Counted from the first letter of the stretch, positions 1 to 10,896 are shown. The stretch is 56,436 nucleotides of DNA from Pigmentiphaga sp. (GCF_019689535.1 NZ_JADGHH010000001.1:1-56436); one strand, 5' to 3'. Numbers and translations are program-made. The notes: generated by a model from the letters alone, not told the origin.

Positions 1-99
1 ATTCATTGTTGCGTAGACCCCTGGCGCACCGGGGGCGGGGCCGTTTCCGAGCCAGGTGCGACGCAGCAGTGACGCTTTCCGCCTCGCTTTTCGAGCGTC

Positions 100-480
100 C
101 TAGGTGAGGGCGCGCCGCAGCTCCGGCGCGCCGGGCAGGTTGGGGGCCGGACTGTCGGTCTCCAGGCTTTCGAGCAGGCGCTGCAGGTGGCCGATGTGGG
201 GCAGCATCGGGCCATAGAAGAGGGTCTGGTGCCCGGTTTGGATCAGCAGGGTGGGGAAGTCTTCGATGTCCTGATCGTCCAGCAGGTCGGGGTGTTCCTC
301 GACGTCCACCCAGAGGAACACGTGATCGGTGAACTGCTCGGACAGTTCCTCGAACTTGGGCTGGTATTCGCGGCAAGTGCCACACCAAGCCGCGCAGAGG
401 CACGCGACCAGCAAGGTTTGCGGATCATCGAGGCGCCGCGCGAGCTCACCGGCGCCGGTGTCGGGAAAGTAGACGGCCAT
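100..480 (-). CDS. Thioredoxin family protein
   Basis: The C-terminal part of ORF 100..741 starting at MAVYFP contains CLCAAWCGTC (WCxxC) and the FPT cis-Pro loop. Start reassigned to the ATG at 480. Confidence 0.85.
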   Translation of the reverse strand: MAVYFPDTGAGELARRLDDPQTLLVACLCAAWCGTCREYQPKFEELSEQFTDHVFLWVDVEEHPDLLDDQDIEDFPTLLIQTGHQTLFYGPMLPHIGHLQRLLESLETDSPAPNLPGAPELRRALT

Positions 481-566
481 GATGTGAGTGACGTAAGGGT
501 TTTGGTAGCCATTATGCCTGCGCCTTGCGTCATACTTGCAACCGTGACTGAAATCACGGAGATCGA

Positions 567-1346
567 ATGGCTTCCTCTTCCGATGAACGCACTGCGGCCA
601 GCGCGGGGTTGCAGGGGGTCGGCCTGGCCTTTGGCCGGGCCGTCGTATCGCAGTTCCGCGGGCCCATGCTGCTTGCGTTGCTGCTGCCTTTCCTGGTCGC
701 CTTGGCCGCGGCGATCGCCCTGATTTGGTTCTTCTGGACACCGCTTACCGAATGGCTGCAAGGCACGCTGTTCGGGATTCCGTTCGTGAGCGATCTGGAC
801 GGCGTGCTGGTCGCCGTGGGGATCGCCTCGCTCAAGCTGTGGCTGATTCCCGTCGTGGCCACGCTGATCCTGCTGCCGCTATCGGGCATCCTGGGGCTCG
901 TGGTCGCGGCGGTGCTCATCATGCCGCTGGTGCTGCGCAATCTGGAGAAGAACGACTACCCCGAGCTGGAGCGGCGTGGCCGCAATGCGACGGTCGCGAG
1001 CGTCTGGAATGCCGTGTGGGTCACGACGCTGTTCGTGTTCGGCTGGCTGTTCACCATGCCGCTCTGGCTGCTTCCTCCACTGGCCGTGCTGCTGCCCATC
1101 GCCTGGTGGGCTTTTGCCTTTACTCGCATGCTCCGGCTCGACGCGATGATCGAGCATGCTTCGCCCGAAGAGCGGCGCCTGCTGCTCGCGCGGCACAATC
1201 GGGGATTCTGGGCGTTAGGGCTGATCTGTTCCCTGTTGAACCTCTTGCCTCCCGCCTGGTTCATACTGCCGGTGTTTTCGGCGCTCCTGTTTTCGCATTT
1301 TGCACTCGAGGCGCTGCGCCGCCTGCGTAGCGAGACCACGTCATGA
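567..1346 (+). CDS. EI24/CysZ-like integral membrane protein
   Basis: 259 aa with several TM helices and a YPELERRG motif. Its stop overlaps the next start (ATGA). Confidence 0.75.
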   Translation: MASSSDERTAASAGLQGVGLAFGRAVVSQFRGPMLLALLLPFLVALAAAIALIWFFWTPLTEWLQGTLFGIPFVSDLDGVLVAVGIASLKLWLIPVVATLILLPLSGILGLVVAAVLIMPLVLRNLEKNDYPELERRGRNATVASVWNAVWVTTLFVFGWLFTMPLWLLPPLAVLLPIAWWAFAFTRMLRLDAMIEHASPEERRLLLARHNRGFWALGLICSLLNLLPPAWFILPVFSALLFSHFALEALRRLRSETTS

Positions 1347-2152
1347 ACGCATCGCTTGCTTCTCGCCGTATCGGCTTGTTCATCATCGGAGACGAGATTC
1401 TTTCCGGGCGCCGCCAAGACCGGCATTTCGCCAAGGTCGTGGAGCTGTTGGGCGCGCGCGGCCTGCGGCTCGCCTGGGCCCAGTTCCTGGGCGACGACCG
1501 CGAGGCGCTCACCGACGCGCTGCGTCGCAGTTTTGCCAGTGGCGACATTGTGTTTTCGTGCGGCGGCATTGGCGCCACGCCCGACGATCACACGCGCCAA
1601 GCCGCGGCGGCTGCCTTGGGCGTACCGCTGGTATTGCACGAGGAAGCGCGGATTCTGATCACCGAGCGCTGCGCGGAGACGGCCGCCGAGGGCTCGGGCA
1701 GCGCCGACATGACGACGCCGGAAAACCAGCGGCGCCTGAAAATGGGCGAGTTTCCGGAAGGCAGCGAGATCGTGCCCAATCCCTACAACAAAATTCCGGG
1801 ATTTTTCATACGAGACCACACCTTCGTGCCGGGCTTTCCGGTGATGGCCTGGCCGATGATCGAATGGACGCTCGACAACCGTTATGCCGGCTTGCACCAT
1901 GCGGTGCCGCACGTCGAGCATTCATTCATGGTGTTCGAGCTGCCAGAGTCGCGCATCGCGCCGGTGATGGAGGCCATCGAGCGGCGTTGGCCCGACGTCA
2001 AGGCGTTCAGCCTGCCCAGCGTGGGAGGCGACGGGAAGCGCCGCCACATCGAGTTGGGTGTCAAAGGCGAGCCGGCCGCGGCGGCCGAGGCGCTGGCCTG
2101 CATGCGCGAAGAGGTGCGCCGGCTCGGCGGCCTGTTCAACGCCGCCGAGTAA
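1343..2152 (+). CDS. CinA-like competence/damage-inducible protein (molybdopterin-binding domain)
   Basis: IIGDEILSG, GGIGATPDDHT and PGFP motifs of the MoCF-biosynthesis/CinA N-terminal domain. Confidence 0.85.
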   Translation: MNASLASRRIGLFIIGDEILSGRRQDRHFAKVVELLGARGLRLAWAQFLGDDREALTDALRRSFASGDIVFSCGGIGATPDDHTRQAAAAALGVPLVLHEEARILITERCAETAAEGSGSADMTTPENQRRLKMGEFPEGSEIVPNPYNKIPGFFIRDHTFVPGFPVMAWPMIEWTLDNRYAGLHHAVPHVEHSFMVFELPESRIAPVMEAIERRWPDVKAFSLPSVGGDGKRRHIELGVKGEPAAAAEALACMREEVRRLGGLFNAAE

Positions 2153-2172
2153 TCGGGTCTTGCGTGCAGGGC

Positions 2173-2739
2173 TTAGGCCGCGGCGGCCTTGCGGCTGCGC
2201 GCTGCGCGGCCGTCGGCGGCGGCCTTGAACGTGGCATTCGTGGCCGCGTTCAGGTTGGACTCGGCCAGTTCCGCCGCTTGCTTGGCCGCTTTGCTCACCG
2301 ACTCGTATGCCGACGTGAGCGTGGCGAGCGAGGACTTGACCAGCGCGATGGCGCTTTCCGAGCCGGCCGGCGCGTTCTTGGCCAGCTGGTCGACGGCTTC
2401 GGCAAGTTGGCGGTGCTGTTCGGCCAGCTGCGCTTCGCCCAGGCGCGTGAATTCGGTCTGCACGCCAGATACGATGTCATAAACGTGCTTGCCGTAGGCG
2501 ACCGCCTTCTCGGCGCTCGGTTGGACCAGCGAGGAGACGAAGGCGAACACTTCTTGGCCGTCTTTCAGGCCAAAGGCTTCTTGTGCCTTCAGCGACGCTT
2601 CTTCGAACGTGGCCTTGGTAACCTTCAGGTGCAGGTCGACCAGTTTTTCGAAACCTTCGAACGCGGTGTTCTGGGCGGTGAGTAGGGTTTCAAAGGCCGC
2701 TTTTTGCGAGGCCAGTGCGCGTTCAGGGGTAGCGAACAT
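2173..2739 (-). CDS. phaP: Phasin (PHA granule-associated protein)
   Basis: MFATPERALASQKAAFE...EKLVDLHL...APAGSESAIALVKS resembles Ralstonia-type PhaP1. An AAGGAG RBS precedes the ATG at 2739. Confidence 0.9.
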   Translation of the reverse strand: MFATPERALASQKAAFETLLTAQNTAFEGFEKLVDLHLKVTKATFEEASLKAQEAFGLKDGQEVFAFVSSLVQPSAEKAVAYGKHVYDIVSGVQTEFTRLGEAQLAEQHRQLAEAVDQLAKNAPAGSESAIALVKSSLATLTSAYESVSKAAKQAAELAESNLNAATNATFKAAADGRAARSRKAAAA

Positions 2740-2836
2740 AGTTGGGCTCCTTGTGGACTGTCTAGGACGAGGCGACCGGGAAACCAGGGAAGTACGCCCC
2801 CAAACAGCCCGATCCGTCAATGCGCATCGATGTCGA

Positions 2837-2918
2837 TTGCTGCATCGCACAAAAACTATTGTAGGTGTACTGTGGGGAAAGTCAAGTTTTTTCCCCTGTG
2901 GATTGTTGCGATGCGTCA
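2837..2918. promoter_or_regulatory. Two putative PhaR operator sites flanking the phaP promoter
   Basis: TTGCTGCATCGCACAA (2837-2852) and TTGTTGCGATGCGTCA (2903-2918) have the GC-N3-GC (TGCATCGCA-like) core known from PhaR-regulated phasin promoters. Confidence 0.55.
2858..2885 (-). promoter_or_regulatory. sigma70 promoter of phaP (TTGACT-N16-TACAAT)
   Basis: Near-consensus hexamers read on the minus strand: -35 at 2880-2885, -10 at 2858-2863. Confidence 0.6.
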
Positions 2919-2978
2919 GGCGCCTTCCCCGCCAGCGGAAGGGGGCCCAAAGGGCTCTGCACATAGCGCGCGTGGGCG

Positions 2979-3884
2979 GTGTCCCGCTACACTTCGGCGT
3001 CCCATACCGAAGGCCGCGCCGTGGGTTCTCCGCTCCTGTCCCGCTTGATCGCACCCTTTTTCGTCATTATCTGGAGCACGGGCTTCGTCGTCGCCCGCTT
3101 TGGGCTGCCGTATGCCGAGCCCATGACCTTCCTGGCCGCGCGGTTCGCGGGCGTGCTCGCCGTCATGGTGCCGCTGTCGTTTCTGTTGTCCATCCAGTGG
3201 CCAGGGCGTCGAGAAAGCCTGCATGTCGCCGTGGCCGGCGTACTGCTCCAGGCCGGATATCTCGGCGGCGTCTGGACGGCGATCCACCAGGGCATGGGGG
3301 CAGGGTTGGCCGCGCTGGTCGTGGGCCTGCAGCCCCTGCTGACGGGCGTGGCCGGCCGCTGGATGGGCGAGGCGCCCAGCATGCGCCAATGGATCGGGCT
3401 GGCACTGGGGTTCCTGGGCGTGGCGTTGGTGGTGGAGAACCGCCTCGGTGGCGACGGGCTCACCTGGCGGGCGCTGGCGTTTGCCGTGGGGGCATTGGTC
3501 TCCATCACCGCCGGCACGATTTACCAGAGGCGGTTCTGTCCCGGGGTGGACTTGCGCGCCGGCCTGGTGCTGCAGTTTGCCGCATCGCTGGCCGTCGTTG
3601 CGCCGGCCGCCTGGGTGTTCGAAACGATGCAGGTCGAGTGGACCTGGTCCTTCGTGGGCGCGTGGGCCTGGTCGGTGTTTGCGCTGTCCATCGGCGCGAT
3701 CTGCCTGTTGTTCCTGCTGATTCGGCGCGGTGCCGCCACCCGGGTGGCGAGCCTCATGTATCTGACGCCGACCGTGACCGCGCTCATGGCCTGGGCGGCG
3801 TTCGACGAGCCACTCACCCTGACCATGCTGGCCGGCATGGCGATCTCGGCGTTCGCTGTGGCGTGGACTCAGGGGAAACGATAG
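2979..3884 (+). CDS. DMT/EamA family transporter
   Basis: About 10 TM helices with IWSTGFVVARFG and SLMYLTP motifs. Exact start uncertain. Confidence 0.85.
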   Translation: MSRYTSASHTEGRAVGSPLLSRLIAPFFVIIWSTGFVVARFGLPYAEPMTFLAARFAGVLAVMVPLSFLLSIQWPGRRESLHVAVAGVLLQAGYLGGVWTAIHQGMGAGLAALVVGLQPLLTGVAGRWMGEAPSMRQWIGLALGFLGVALVVENRLGGDGLTWRALAFAVGALVSITAGTIYQRRFCPGVDLRAGLVLQFAASLAVVAPAAWVFETMQVEWTWSFVGAWAWSVFALSIGAICLLFLLIRRGAATRVASLMYLTPTVTALMAWAAFDEPLTLTMLAGMAISAFAVAWTQGKR

Positions 3885-3982
3885 GGAGATTCGTTCTCGC
3901 GCGCAGATTGCGATCCCTTACACTCTTTTCACTGTCGCGGGAGTCGTCTCCCGCGGCACCCTTTCACGAGCAGGAGACAAAA

Positions 3983-4978
3983 ATGGGCCTTCAAAAAAAT
4001 GCAGCGCCCGCGGCGATCGCGGCCGCAGTCCTGGCCGGCGTGGCCGGCCTCGCGCCTGCGCACGCGGCGGAGCAGAACTATCCCACCCGTCCGGTGACGA
4101 TGATCGTTCCCTTCGCGGCCGGTGGTCCCACCGACGTGGTGGCGCGCTCGCTGGCCGAAGCCATGCGCAAGTCGCTCGGCCAAACGGTGGTGGTCGAGAA
4201 CGTCGGCGGTGCCGGCGGCACGATCGGCACCGCAAGGGTGGCCAAGGCGCCGAACGACGGCTATACCGTGCTTCTCATGCACATCGGCTTCTCCACTGCG
4301 CCGGCGCTCTATCGCAAGCTGAGCTACGACCAGGCCAACGATTTCCAACCGATCGGGCTCACGGTCGACGTGCCCATGACGATAGTCGCGCGCGATAACT
4401 TCCCCGCGAATAACATCAAGGAGTTCCTCGACTACGTCAAGGCCAACGCCAGCAAGCTCTCCATGGCCAACGCGGGGATCGGCTCGGCCTCGCACCTGTG
4501 CGGCCTGATGTTCATGAGCTCCATCGGCACGGAGTTCCAGACCATCCCTTATAAAGGCACCGCGCCGGCCATGAACGACCTGCTGGGCAAGCAGGTGGAC
4601 TTCATGTGCGACCAAACTACCAACACCACCGGGCAAATCAAGGCCGGCAAGGTCAAGGCCTATGCCGTGACGAGCACGAGCCGGGTGCCGAGCCTGCCCG
4701 ACCTGCCCACGCTGGACGAATCCGGCCTGAAGGGGTTCTCGGTCGGCATCTGGCACGGCTTGTGGGCACCCAAGGGGACTTCGCCCGCCGTGGTCGCCAA
4801 GCTGCAGAGCGCACTGAAGGCTGGCTTGGACGATCCCGCGTTCCAGAAGCGCATGAGCGAGCTCGGCGCCATCGTCTTGGCTGACAAGGCCACGCCTGCC
4901 GCCCTCGACACGCTGGTGAAGTCCGAGACCGCCAAGTGGGGCGCCGTGATCAAGAAGGCGGGTGTCTACGCAGATTGA
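3983..4978 (+). CDS. Bug/TctC tripartite tricarboxylate transporter substrate-binding protein
   Basis: Signal peptide followed by YPTRPVTMIVPFAAGGPTD, ENVGGAGG, GSASHL and PYKG. An AGGAG RBS precedes the ATG at 3983. Confidence 0.93.
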   Translation: MGLQKNAAPAAIAAAVLAGVAGLAPAHAAEQNYPTRPVTMIVPFAAGGPTDVVARSLAEAMRKSLGQTVVVENVGGAGGTIGTARVAKAPNDGYTVLLMHIGFSTAPALYRKLSYDQANDFQPIGLTVDVPMTIVARDNFPANNIKEFLDYVKANASKLSMANAGIGSASHLCGLMFMSSIGTEFQTIPYKGTAPAMNDLLGKQVDFMCDQTTNTTGQIKAGKVKAYAVTSTSRVPSLPDLPTLDESGLKGFSVGIWHGLWAPKGTSPAVVAKLQSALKAGLDDPAFQKRMSELGAIVLADKATPAALDTLVKSETAKWGAVIKKAGVYAD

Positions 4979-5225
4979 CGCCGAGCACCGCCCAGGCGCG
5001 ACGCCTCCGGTAGCCCGGCAGCTACCCTGCCAAGGCGTGTTTCGGAGCGTCGCCCATGGGCTCCTGGAAAGCCAAGGCCCGGCCTGTGCCGGGCTTTGCA
5101 ATATTTGCAGTCGGTTTTTAAGTAGAAGCTTAAAAAAAGCGAGCTAAGTCGTTCATTTAATAGAGATTTCCGCGGAAAAATCTGATAAGCTGCCACCCCT
5201 GGGCCGAGTCGTTACCGGAGGAAAC

Positions 5226-6329
5226 ATGGCGCGCATCAGGAACCGCATTTTATCGATCTCGCTGCTCTGCGCCCTCACAGCCACGTTTATCCTTCCCGCC
5301 GCCGTCCCGGTGGCCCACGCCGCTACCTCGTCCGCGTCGCAAGCCAAGCAGGCCAAGAAGGCGGCATCGGGGAAGGCCCGTTCCTCCAAGAAGCCGGCCA
5401 AGGTCGCCAAGTCTTCCAAGACTGCCCCTGCCAAGTCCTCCAAGGTTGCCTCCGCCAAGAAGGCCAAACCGGTCGCGGCGGGGAAAAAGCGCGCTGCCAA
5501 GCCGGTTGCGCACAAGGAAGCCGCGGCCGGCATACAGCGCGCTTCGTACGGTCCTGCTTCCTCGCTCGAGCTCGACGACGGCCATCTGGCAGTTCGCTCC
5601 AGCGTGGCCTTCGTCCAAGACCTAGCCTCGTCGGACGTGCTGTTTGCCAAGAACGAGAATACCGTGGCGCCCATTGCTTCGATCACCAAGCTGATGACAG
5701 CCCTGGTCGTGATCGAGGCGGGGCAACCGCTGGATGAAGAACTCGAGATTACGTCCGAAGATATCGACACCCACAAGTTCACGCATTCGCGCCTGGCGGT
5801 CGGCACCCGGCTCTCGCGGGCCGACATGCTGCACCTGGCCTTGATGTCGTCGGAGAATCGGGCGGCCAATGCGCTGGGCCGCCATTATCCCGGCGGCCTG
5901 CCGGCCTTCGTGCAAGCCATGAATGCCAAGGCCGCCGCGCTGGGCATGCAAGACACGCGCTACGTCGAACCCACGGGGCTGTCCAGCGAAAACGTCTCGA
6001 GCCCGCGCGACCTGGCCGTCCTGGTGCGCGAAGCGGCCCGGCATCCGCTGATCCGGCACTACACGACAGACACTGAATATGTGGTCGAGGTGAAGGGTAG
6101 GCCCCAGACCTTCCGCAATACCAACCGCCTGGTGGCACGCCCGGATTGGGATATCAGCGTATCGAAAACCGGTTTCATCAACGAGGCCGGCCGCTGCCTC
6201 GTCATGCTGGCGACCATAGGAGGCCGCGACTTGGCCATCGTGCTGCTTGATTCCGTCGGCTCGCTGACCCGCACGGCTGACGCCCAGCGCATTCGCCAGT
6301 GGGTGCAGCGCGAAATCGGCGCGATGTAA
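5226..6329 (+). CDS. pbpG: D-alanyl-D-alanine endopeptidase (PBP7, peptidase S11)
   Basis: SITK (SxxK), SEN (SxN) and KTG motifs; signal peptide plus an Ala/Lys-rich linker. Confidence 0.9.
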   Translation: MARIRNRILSISLLCALTATFILPAAVPVAHAATSSASQAKQAKKAASGKARSSKKPAKVAKSSKTAPAKSSKVASAKKAKPVAAGKKRAAKPVAHKEAAAGIQRASYGPASSLELDDGHLAVRSSVAFVQDLASSDVLFAKNENTVAPIASITKLMTALVVIEAGQPLDEELEITSEDIDTHKFTHSRLAVGTRLSRADMLHLALMSSENRAANALGRHYPGGLPAFVQAMNAKAAALGMQDTRYVEPTGLSSENVSSPRDLAVLVREAARHPLIRHYTTDTEYVVEVKGRPQTFRNTNRLVARPDWDISVSKTGFINEAGRCLVMLATIGGRDLAIVLLDSVGSLTRTADAQRIRQWVQREIGAM

Positions 6330-6340
6330 GCTTCGCGGGG

Positions 6341-6364
6341 GCGGCTGGCGGCACGGCCAGCCGC
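6341..6364. terminator. GC-rich hairpin between convergent pbpG and iclR
   Basis: 9-bp stem GCGGCTGGC / GCCAGCCGC with no clear U-tract. Confidence 0.4.
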
Positions 6365-6396
6365 GGCCCGGTGCCGCCGGGCGTAGCGGGCGCCGG

Positions 6397-7206
6397 TCAG
6401 GGCTCGTAGCCCAGGGCGTCCGAAATCTGGCTGGCAGTTTCCACCAGCGTATCGATCCAGCTGTCCTGCATGCGGTCCGCCGGCGCGGAAATGGAGAGGC
6501 CGGCGATGAGCTTGCCGGTGTCATCGCGTATGCCCGCGGCGATGCAGCGCACGCCCATTTCGAGTTCTTCGTTGTCCCGCGCGTAGCCCTTGGCGCGCAC
6601 TTCTTCGAGTTCGCGCTCGAGGTCCTCGAGCGTGGTCAGGCTGTTGGCCGTGTGTCCGTGCAGGCCGGTGCGCGCTGCGTATGCGCGCACCTGCAGGGGA
6701 TCGTCGGCGGACAAGAACAGCTTGCCCGTGGACGTAAGGTGCAGGGGAGCCCGGCCGCCGATGGCGCGCACGACCTGCATGCCGGAGCGTTCGCTGTATG
6801 CGCGGTCGATGTAGACGATTTCGTCTCCCTGCCGGACCGACAGGTTGACCGTTTGCCCGGTGAGGCGGTGTAGCGTGCGCATCGGCGTGATGGCTGCGTC
6901 GCGGACGTTGAGCCGGCCCTTCACCAGGTGGCCGAGCTCGAGCAGGCGCATGCCCAGGCTATACATGCCGCTTTCCACGCGGTCGACGTAGCGTCCTGCG
7001 ACCAGGTCGTTCAGGATGCGGTGGGCGGTGGAGGGGTGCAGGCCGGTTGCTTGGGCGAGTTCCTTGAGGCTAACCGGATCGGGGTGCTGGGCGAGGGCAT
7101 CGAGCAGACGCATGGTGCGTTCGAGCACTTGGATGGCGATCTGCGGCGCGGGAGCCGCGGAGGAAGGCGCTAAAGCCGCCTCCTCGGAAGTCATGGCTCT
7201 GGGCAT
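6397..7206 (-). CDS. IclR family transcriptional regulator
   Basis: N-terminal HTH (SLKELAQATGLHPSTAHRIL) and GAF-like effector domain (TSTGK, GYARDNEELEMGVRCIA). Start may be the ATG at 7194. Confidence 0.92.
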   Translation of the reverse strand: MPRAMTSEEAALAPSSAAPAPQIAIQVLERTMRLLDALAQHPDPVSLKELAQATGLHPSTAHRILNDLVAGRYVDRVESGMYSLGMRLLELGHLVKGRLNVRDAAITPMRTLHRLTGQTVNLSVRQGDEIVYIDRAYSERSGMQVVRAIGGRAPLHLTSTGKLFLSADDPLQVRAYAARTGLHGHTANSLTTLEDLERELEEVRAKGYARDNEELEMGVRCIAAGIRDDTGKLIAGLSISAPADRMQDSWIDTLVETASQISDALGYEP

Positions 7207-7396
7207 TGTTATTTGAGTCTCTACGCGATGATGCTAGTTTATCCCATATGGTGAAATGTCGTAAACGCGACCTCACCTTGATGGGGTGGGCTTGCCGCGA
7301 TGCAGCAGCCCATTTTTTGTTCCCGGAGTATACCGCCGCCCGGTCAGGTTTATTGCATCGCACCATTCGTCGGAGCGCGCTGGCCGGCTGCGCGGC

Positions 7397-8437
7397 TCAG
7401 CGTCCAGGCGCCAGCGCGGCAACGCAATCGTTGACTAGGGCGGGGCCGCGGTAGACGAGGCCGGTGTAGAGCTGGACCGCATCGGCGCCGGCCGCGATTT
7501 TGTCGGCGGCGTGCCGACCCTCCGTGATGCCGCCTACGCCGATGATGGCAAGGGAGGAGCCTGCGCTGCGCCGCAGCCTCTCGATCACGCGCAGCGACAT
7601 CTCTCGCACCGGCGGCCCCGACAAGCCGCCCGCTTGGTCGGCATTGCGCAAGCCCCGGACGGCGTCCCGCGAGAGGGTGGTGTTGGTGGCGATCACCCCG
7701 TCGATGCCGTATCGCGGCAGCAGTTCGGCAATGGCGTCGATCTGGCTTTCGTCCAGGTCGGGCGCGATCTTGACGGCAAGCGGCACGCGCCGGCCATGCC
7801 GCGAGGCGAGTTCGTCGCGCGCTTCGCCGAGCCGGCACAGCAATTGCGACAGTTCGTCTGCCCCTTGGAGGCTGCGGAGATTTTTCGTATTGGGCGACGA
7901 GATGTTGATGGTGACGTAGTCGGCGTGCGGATATACGGCCGAGAGTCCGGCCAGGTAGTCATCCGCGGCCTTTTCCATGGGCGTGTCGGCATTCTTGCCA
8001 ATGTTCAGGCCGAGGATCCCGCCATGGGCCTGGTAACGGCTGCGGCGGACGTTCGCGAGGAAGGCGTCCAGTCCGTCATTGTTGAAGCCCATGCGGTTGA
8101 TCAGGGCTTCAGCCGGGGACAGGCGGAATAGCCGCGGCAGCGGATTACCGGCCTGCGGCCGGGGCGTGACGGTGCCGATTTCCATGAAGCCGAAGCCCAG
8201 GCCAGCAAGCGCGTCAATGTGCGCTCCGTTCTTGTCCAGGCCGGCTGCCAGGCCTACCCCATTGGCTAATTTCAATCCCATGAGCTCGACCGGGCGGCCG
8301 GGGGTAGGGGCGCGCCGGGTCAGCCCCAGGTCATGAAGCCGTTGCAGCGCGGTGAGCGTCAGGGCATGGGCGGTTTCGGGCTCAAGGGCGAACAGGGCGG
8401 GCCGCAGTAGCGGGTAGGCACGGAAAAACGCGGACAT
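7397..8437 (-). CDS. pyrD: Dihydroorotate dehydrogenase (quinone), class 2
   Basis: [29 protein letters not shown] and GGLSG motifs. Confidence 0.95.
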   Translation of the reverse strand: MSAFFRAYPLLRPALFALEPETAHALTLTALQRLHDLGLTRRAPTPGRPVELMGLKLANGVGLAAGLDKNGAHIDALAGLGFGFMEIGTVTPRPQAGNPLPRLFRLSPAEALINRMGFNNDGLDAFLANVRRSRYQAHGGILGLNIGKNADTPMEKAADDYLAGLSAVYPHADYVTINISSPNTKNLRSLQGADELSQLLCRLGEARDELASRHGRRVPLAVKIAPDLDESQIDAIAELLPRYGIDGVIATNTTLSRDAVRGLRNADQAGGLSGPPVREMSLRVIERLRRSAGSSLAIIGVGGITEGRHAADKIAAGADAVQLYTGLVYRGPALVNDCVAALAPGR

Positions 8438-8450
8438 GGGTGGAATCGAG

Positions 8451-9275
8451 TCAGTTGGGGGAAGACGGCACATCGTTGAGATGGCCGTCCCGGTCGGGAG
8501 TCTTTAGGCGGGAAGTGTCGACGAGGGCGACGGAAGCCTTGCCGGGCGGTGGGCCTGCGTAGTCCCGCCATTCGCCGTTGACGAGCATTTCTATGGGGCG
8601 GAAATTGACCTTGTAGGCCATTTTCGGGCTTTGTTCTATCCAGTAACCCAGGTAGAGATAAGGGAGCTCCAGCAGCCGGCATTGCTCCAGCTGCCAAAGG
8701 ATGTTCCAGGTGCCGAGGCTGCCTTTCAGGTCCGGGTCGAAGAAGGTGTAGACCGAGGACAGTCCGTCGGACAGGATGTCCATGATGGAGACCATGCGCA
8801 GGCTTCCCTGCGGGTCCCGGAATTCGACCAACCGCGTGTTGACACGGCTTTGCAGCAGGAACTGGGCGTATTGCTCACGGCTGTCCTGATCCATGCCGCC
8901 GCCGCGGTGGCGAGTCGACTGATAGCGCTGGTAGAGCGCATAGTGCTCGGCGGAATAGGCGAGCTCGGCGATGAATACCTGGAGATCTGAATGGCGTTTC
9001 CAGGTGCGGGCCTGGGTGCGGTTGGGCCGGAAGCGGGTGACTGGTATGCGCACGGGGATGCATGCGCGGCAGCTGTCGCAGTGCGGGCGGTAGGTAAACA
9101 CGCCGCTGCGGCGGAATCCCAGGCGCACCAGCTCGGAATAGACGTCCGCGTTGATGAGGTGGCTCGGGGTGGCGACTTGCGACCTCGCCATGCGGTCCCC
9201 CAGATAACTGCACGGGTAGGGGGCTGTCGCATAGAACTGCAGCGCGGCGAAGGGTAGTTCTCGAAGGTGCGTCAT
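8451..9275 (-). CDS. bpt: Aspartate/glutamate leucyltransferase (ATE-like, N-degron pathway)
   Basis: YPCSYL, GFRRSG, CxxC, YLYLGYWI and MAYK motifs; overlaps aat. Confidence 0.9.
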   Translation of the reverse strand: MTHLRELPFAALQFYATAPYPCSYLGDRMARSQVATPSHLINADVYSELVRLGFRRSGVFTYRPHCDSCRACIPVRIPVTRFRPNRTQARTWKRHSDLQVFIAELAYSAEHYALYQRYQSTRHRGGGMDQDSREQYAQFLLQSRVNTRLVEFRDPQGSLRMVSIMDILSDGLSSVYTFFDPDLKGSLGTWNILWQLEQCRLLELPYLYLGYWIEQSPKMAYKVNFRPIEMLVNGEWRDYAGPPPGKASVALVDTSRLKTPDRDGHLNDVPSSPN

Positions 9276-10063
9276 GCGCGTTCAGCCGGAGAGGCCGCGG
9301 CGGGAGGGGTATCCAGGTCGACGATTTCGCCGTTCGGAAGCAGCCTGCCGGGTCGCCACGGAAGAGGGGGCAGGCGGACGGATTTTACAATCAGCCGCTC
9401 GAACTCTGCGCGTGCAATGACGGTCCCCCCGAGCGAGGCGAGGTGCCGCGTATCCTGCTGGCAATCGATGACGTCGGCCCCGTGGCGCCGCAAGAACCGC
9501 ACCAGATACGCGAGCGCGATTTTCGAGGCATCGGAAACCCGGGCGAACATCGATTCGCCGTAGAACACCCTGCCCAGCGAGACGCCGTACAGTCCCCCCG
9601 CGAGTTTGCCGTCCACCCAGGTTTCCACCGAATGGACCTCGCCCAGTTCATGCCAGGCGCGATAGGCGCGTTGCATGGGCGCAGTGATCCAGGTCGCCGG
9701 CCGTTCTTCGCTGCGCGGCGCCGCGCAGGCCAGCAGCACCTCGTCGAACGCGGTGTCCACGCGGACCTCGACCGACGCACGGCGCTCGATCTGCCTGAGC
9801 TTCTTGCGCAGGGAGTGGGACGGCGCGAAGCGATCGGTGAATAGCACCATGCGCGGATCCGGGCTCCACCACAGGATGGGTTCGCCCGGCAGGTACCACG
9901 GGAAGATCCCGCGCGCGTAGGCGTCCCTGAGTCGCTCGACGGACAGGTCGGCCCCGACCGCCAGCAGTCCTGGAGGATCTTCCAGGGCCTGGTCGAGCGG
10001 AGGAAAAGGCGTATCGGGCCCCAGCAGGGCCGGCATGCGGTAGCGAGACGGTGACGGGCTCAA
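9272..10063 (-). CDS. aat: Leucyl/phenylalanyl-tRNA--protein transferase
   Basis: GIFPW, WWSPDPR, GGLYG, GESMF and DCQ motifs. Start is the TTG at 10063 or the ATG at 10036. Confidence 0.95.
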   Translation of the reverse strand: MSPSPSRYRMPALLGPDTPFPPLDQALEDPPGLLAVGADLSVERLRDAYARGIFPWYLPGEPILWWSPDPRMVLFTDRFAPSHSLRKKLRQIERRASVEVRVDTAFDEVLLACAAPRSEERPATWITAPMQRAYRAWHELGEVHSVETWVDGKLAGGLYGVSLGRVFYGESMFARVSDASKIALAYLVRFLRRHGADVIDCQQDTRHLASLGGTVIARAEFERLIVKSVRLPPLPWRPGRLLPNGEIVDLDTPPAAASPAERA

Positions 10064-10677
10064 GGGGCGGGCGCAGAAGACGCGTAAACGGGTTCCGGAC
10101 CGCGCAGCAGCGTATCGCTGTGGACCTGGAACGCCCCGCGCGCGCGATCCGCGAAGAACAGCTTCAGGGCGGTGGAGACCGATCGGAACGCGAGTTCGTC
10201 CCAGGGGATCTCCTCTTCATTGAAGAGGCGAGCCTCCAGGCTTTCGGGCCCGGGTTCGAACTGGGGGTCGGTGAGCCGGGCCAGGTAGAAAATGTGGACC
10301 TGGTCGACGTGGGGGATGTCCAGTACGGCGAACAGGGGCCCCATTTCGATGCGGGCGCCGGCTTCTTCCTGGGTTTCGCGCGCGGCGCCCTGGGCCGTGG
10401 TTTCCCCGAGCTCCATGAACCCGGCCGGGAGGGTCCAATAGCCGTGGCGGGGTTCGATCGCGCGGCGGCAGAGCAGGACCTGCTTCTCCCACACGGGGAT
10501 GGTGCCGAGCACCATGCGCGGATTCTGGTAGTGGATCGCCCCGCACTGGTCGCAAATGTCTCGTACGCGGTTGTCGTCCTCGGGAATGCGGCGCGTCAGC
10601 AGGTTGCCGCACTGGGAACAGTAGCGTTGAGAGCGCGGGGCCGGGAAGTAGGTAATGGCGCGTGGAGAAGCGGTCAT
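10060..10677 (-). CDS. Zinc-ribbon NUDIX hydrolase
   Basis: CxxC...CxxC zinc ribbon, HYQNP and the Nudix box [22 protein letters not shown]. Confidence 0.92.
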   Translation of the reverse strand: MTASPRAITYFPAPRSQRYCSQCGNLLTRRIPEDDNRVRDICDQCGAIHYQNPRMVLGTIPVWEKQVLLCRRAIEPRHGYWTLPAGFMELGETTAQGAARETQEEAGARIEMGPLFAVLDIPHVDQVHIFYLARLTDPQFEPGPESLEARLFNEEEIPWDELAFRSVSTALKLFFADRARGAFQVHSDTLLRGPEPVYASSAPAP

Positions 10678-10896
10678 GGCGTGTCCAGAGGGCCGAGGCG
10701 GCGCAGCGCTCCGGCAATTGCGGGAAATCGTGAGATCTCCTACCTCAAGTATACGTAACCTGTTCGGCGTCGATGCGAGACCTGGGGTATGCCCGCAGGG
10801 CCCGGGAGCGGGCCTGCGTCGAGGTTCCCGCGCAGCGCACCGTGCGCATTATAGGAGTTGCTGGGCGCGTGGGTGCCGGCGGCAGGATGAGCCATC

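Noticed and set aside
2609-3982. Apparent 789-aa ORF fused to the Bug protein
   Set aside because: The upstream part overlaps phaP and the EamA gene in other frames and is Arg-rich nonsense; the real start is 3983, with an RBS and signal peptide.
5330-5520. Repeated GCCAAG units in pbpG
   Set aside because: They encode the Ala/Lys-rich linker common in betaproteobacterial PBP7; not an independent repeat element.
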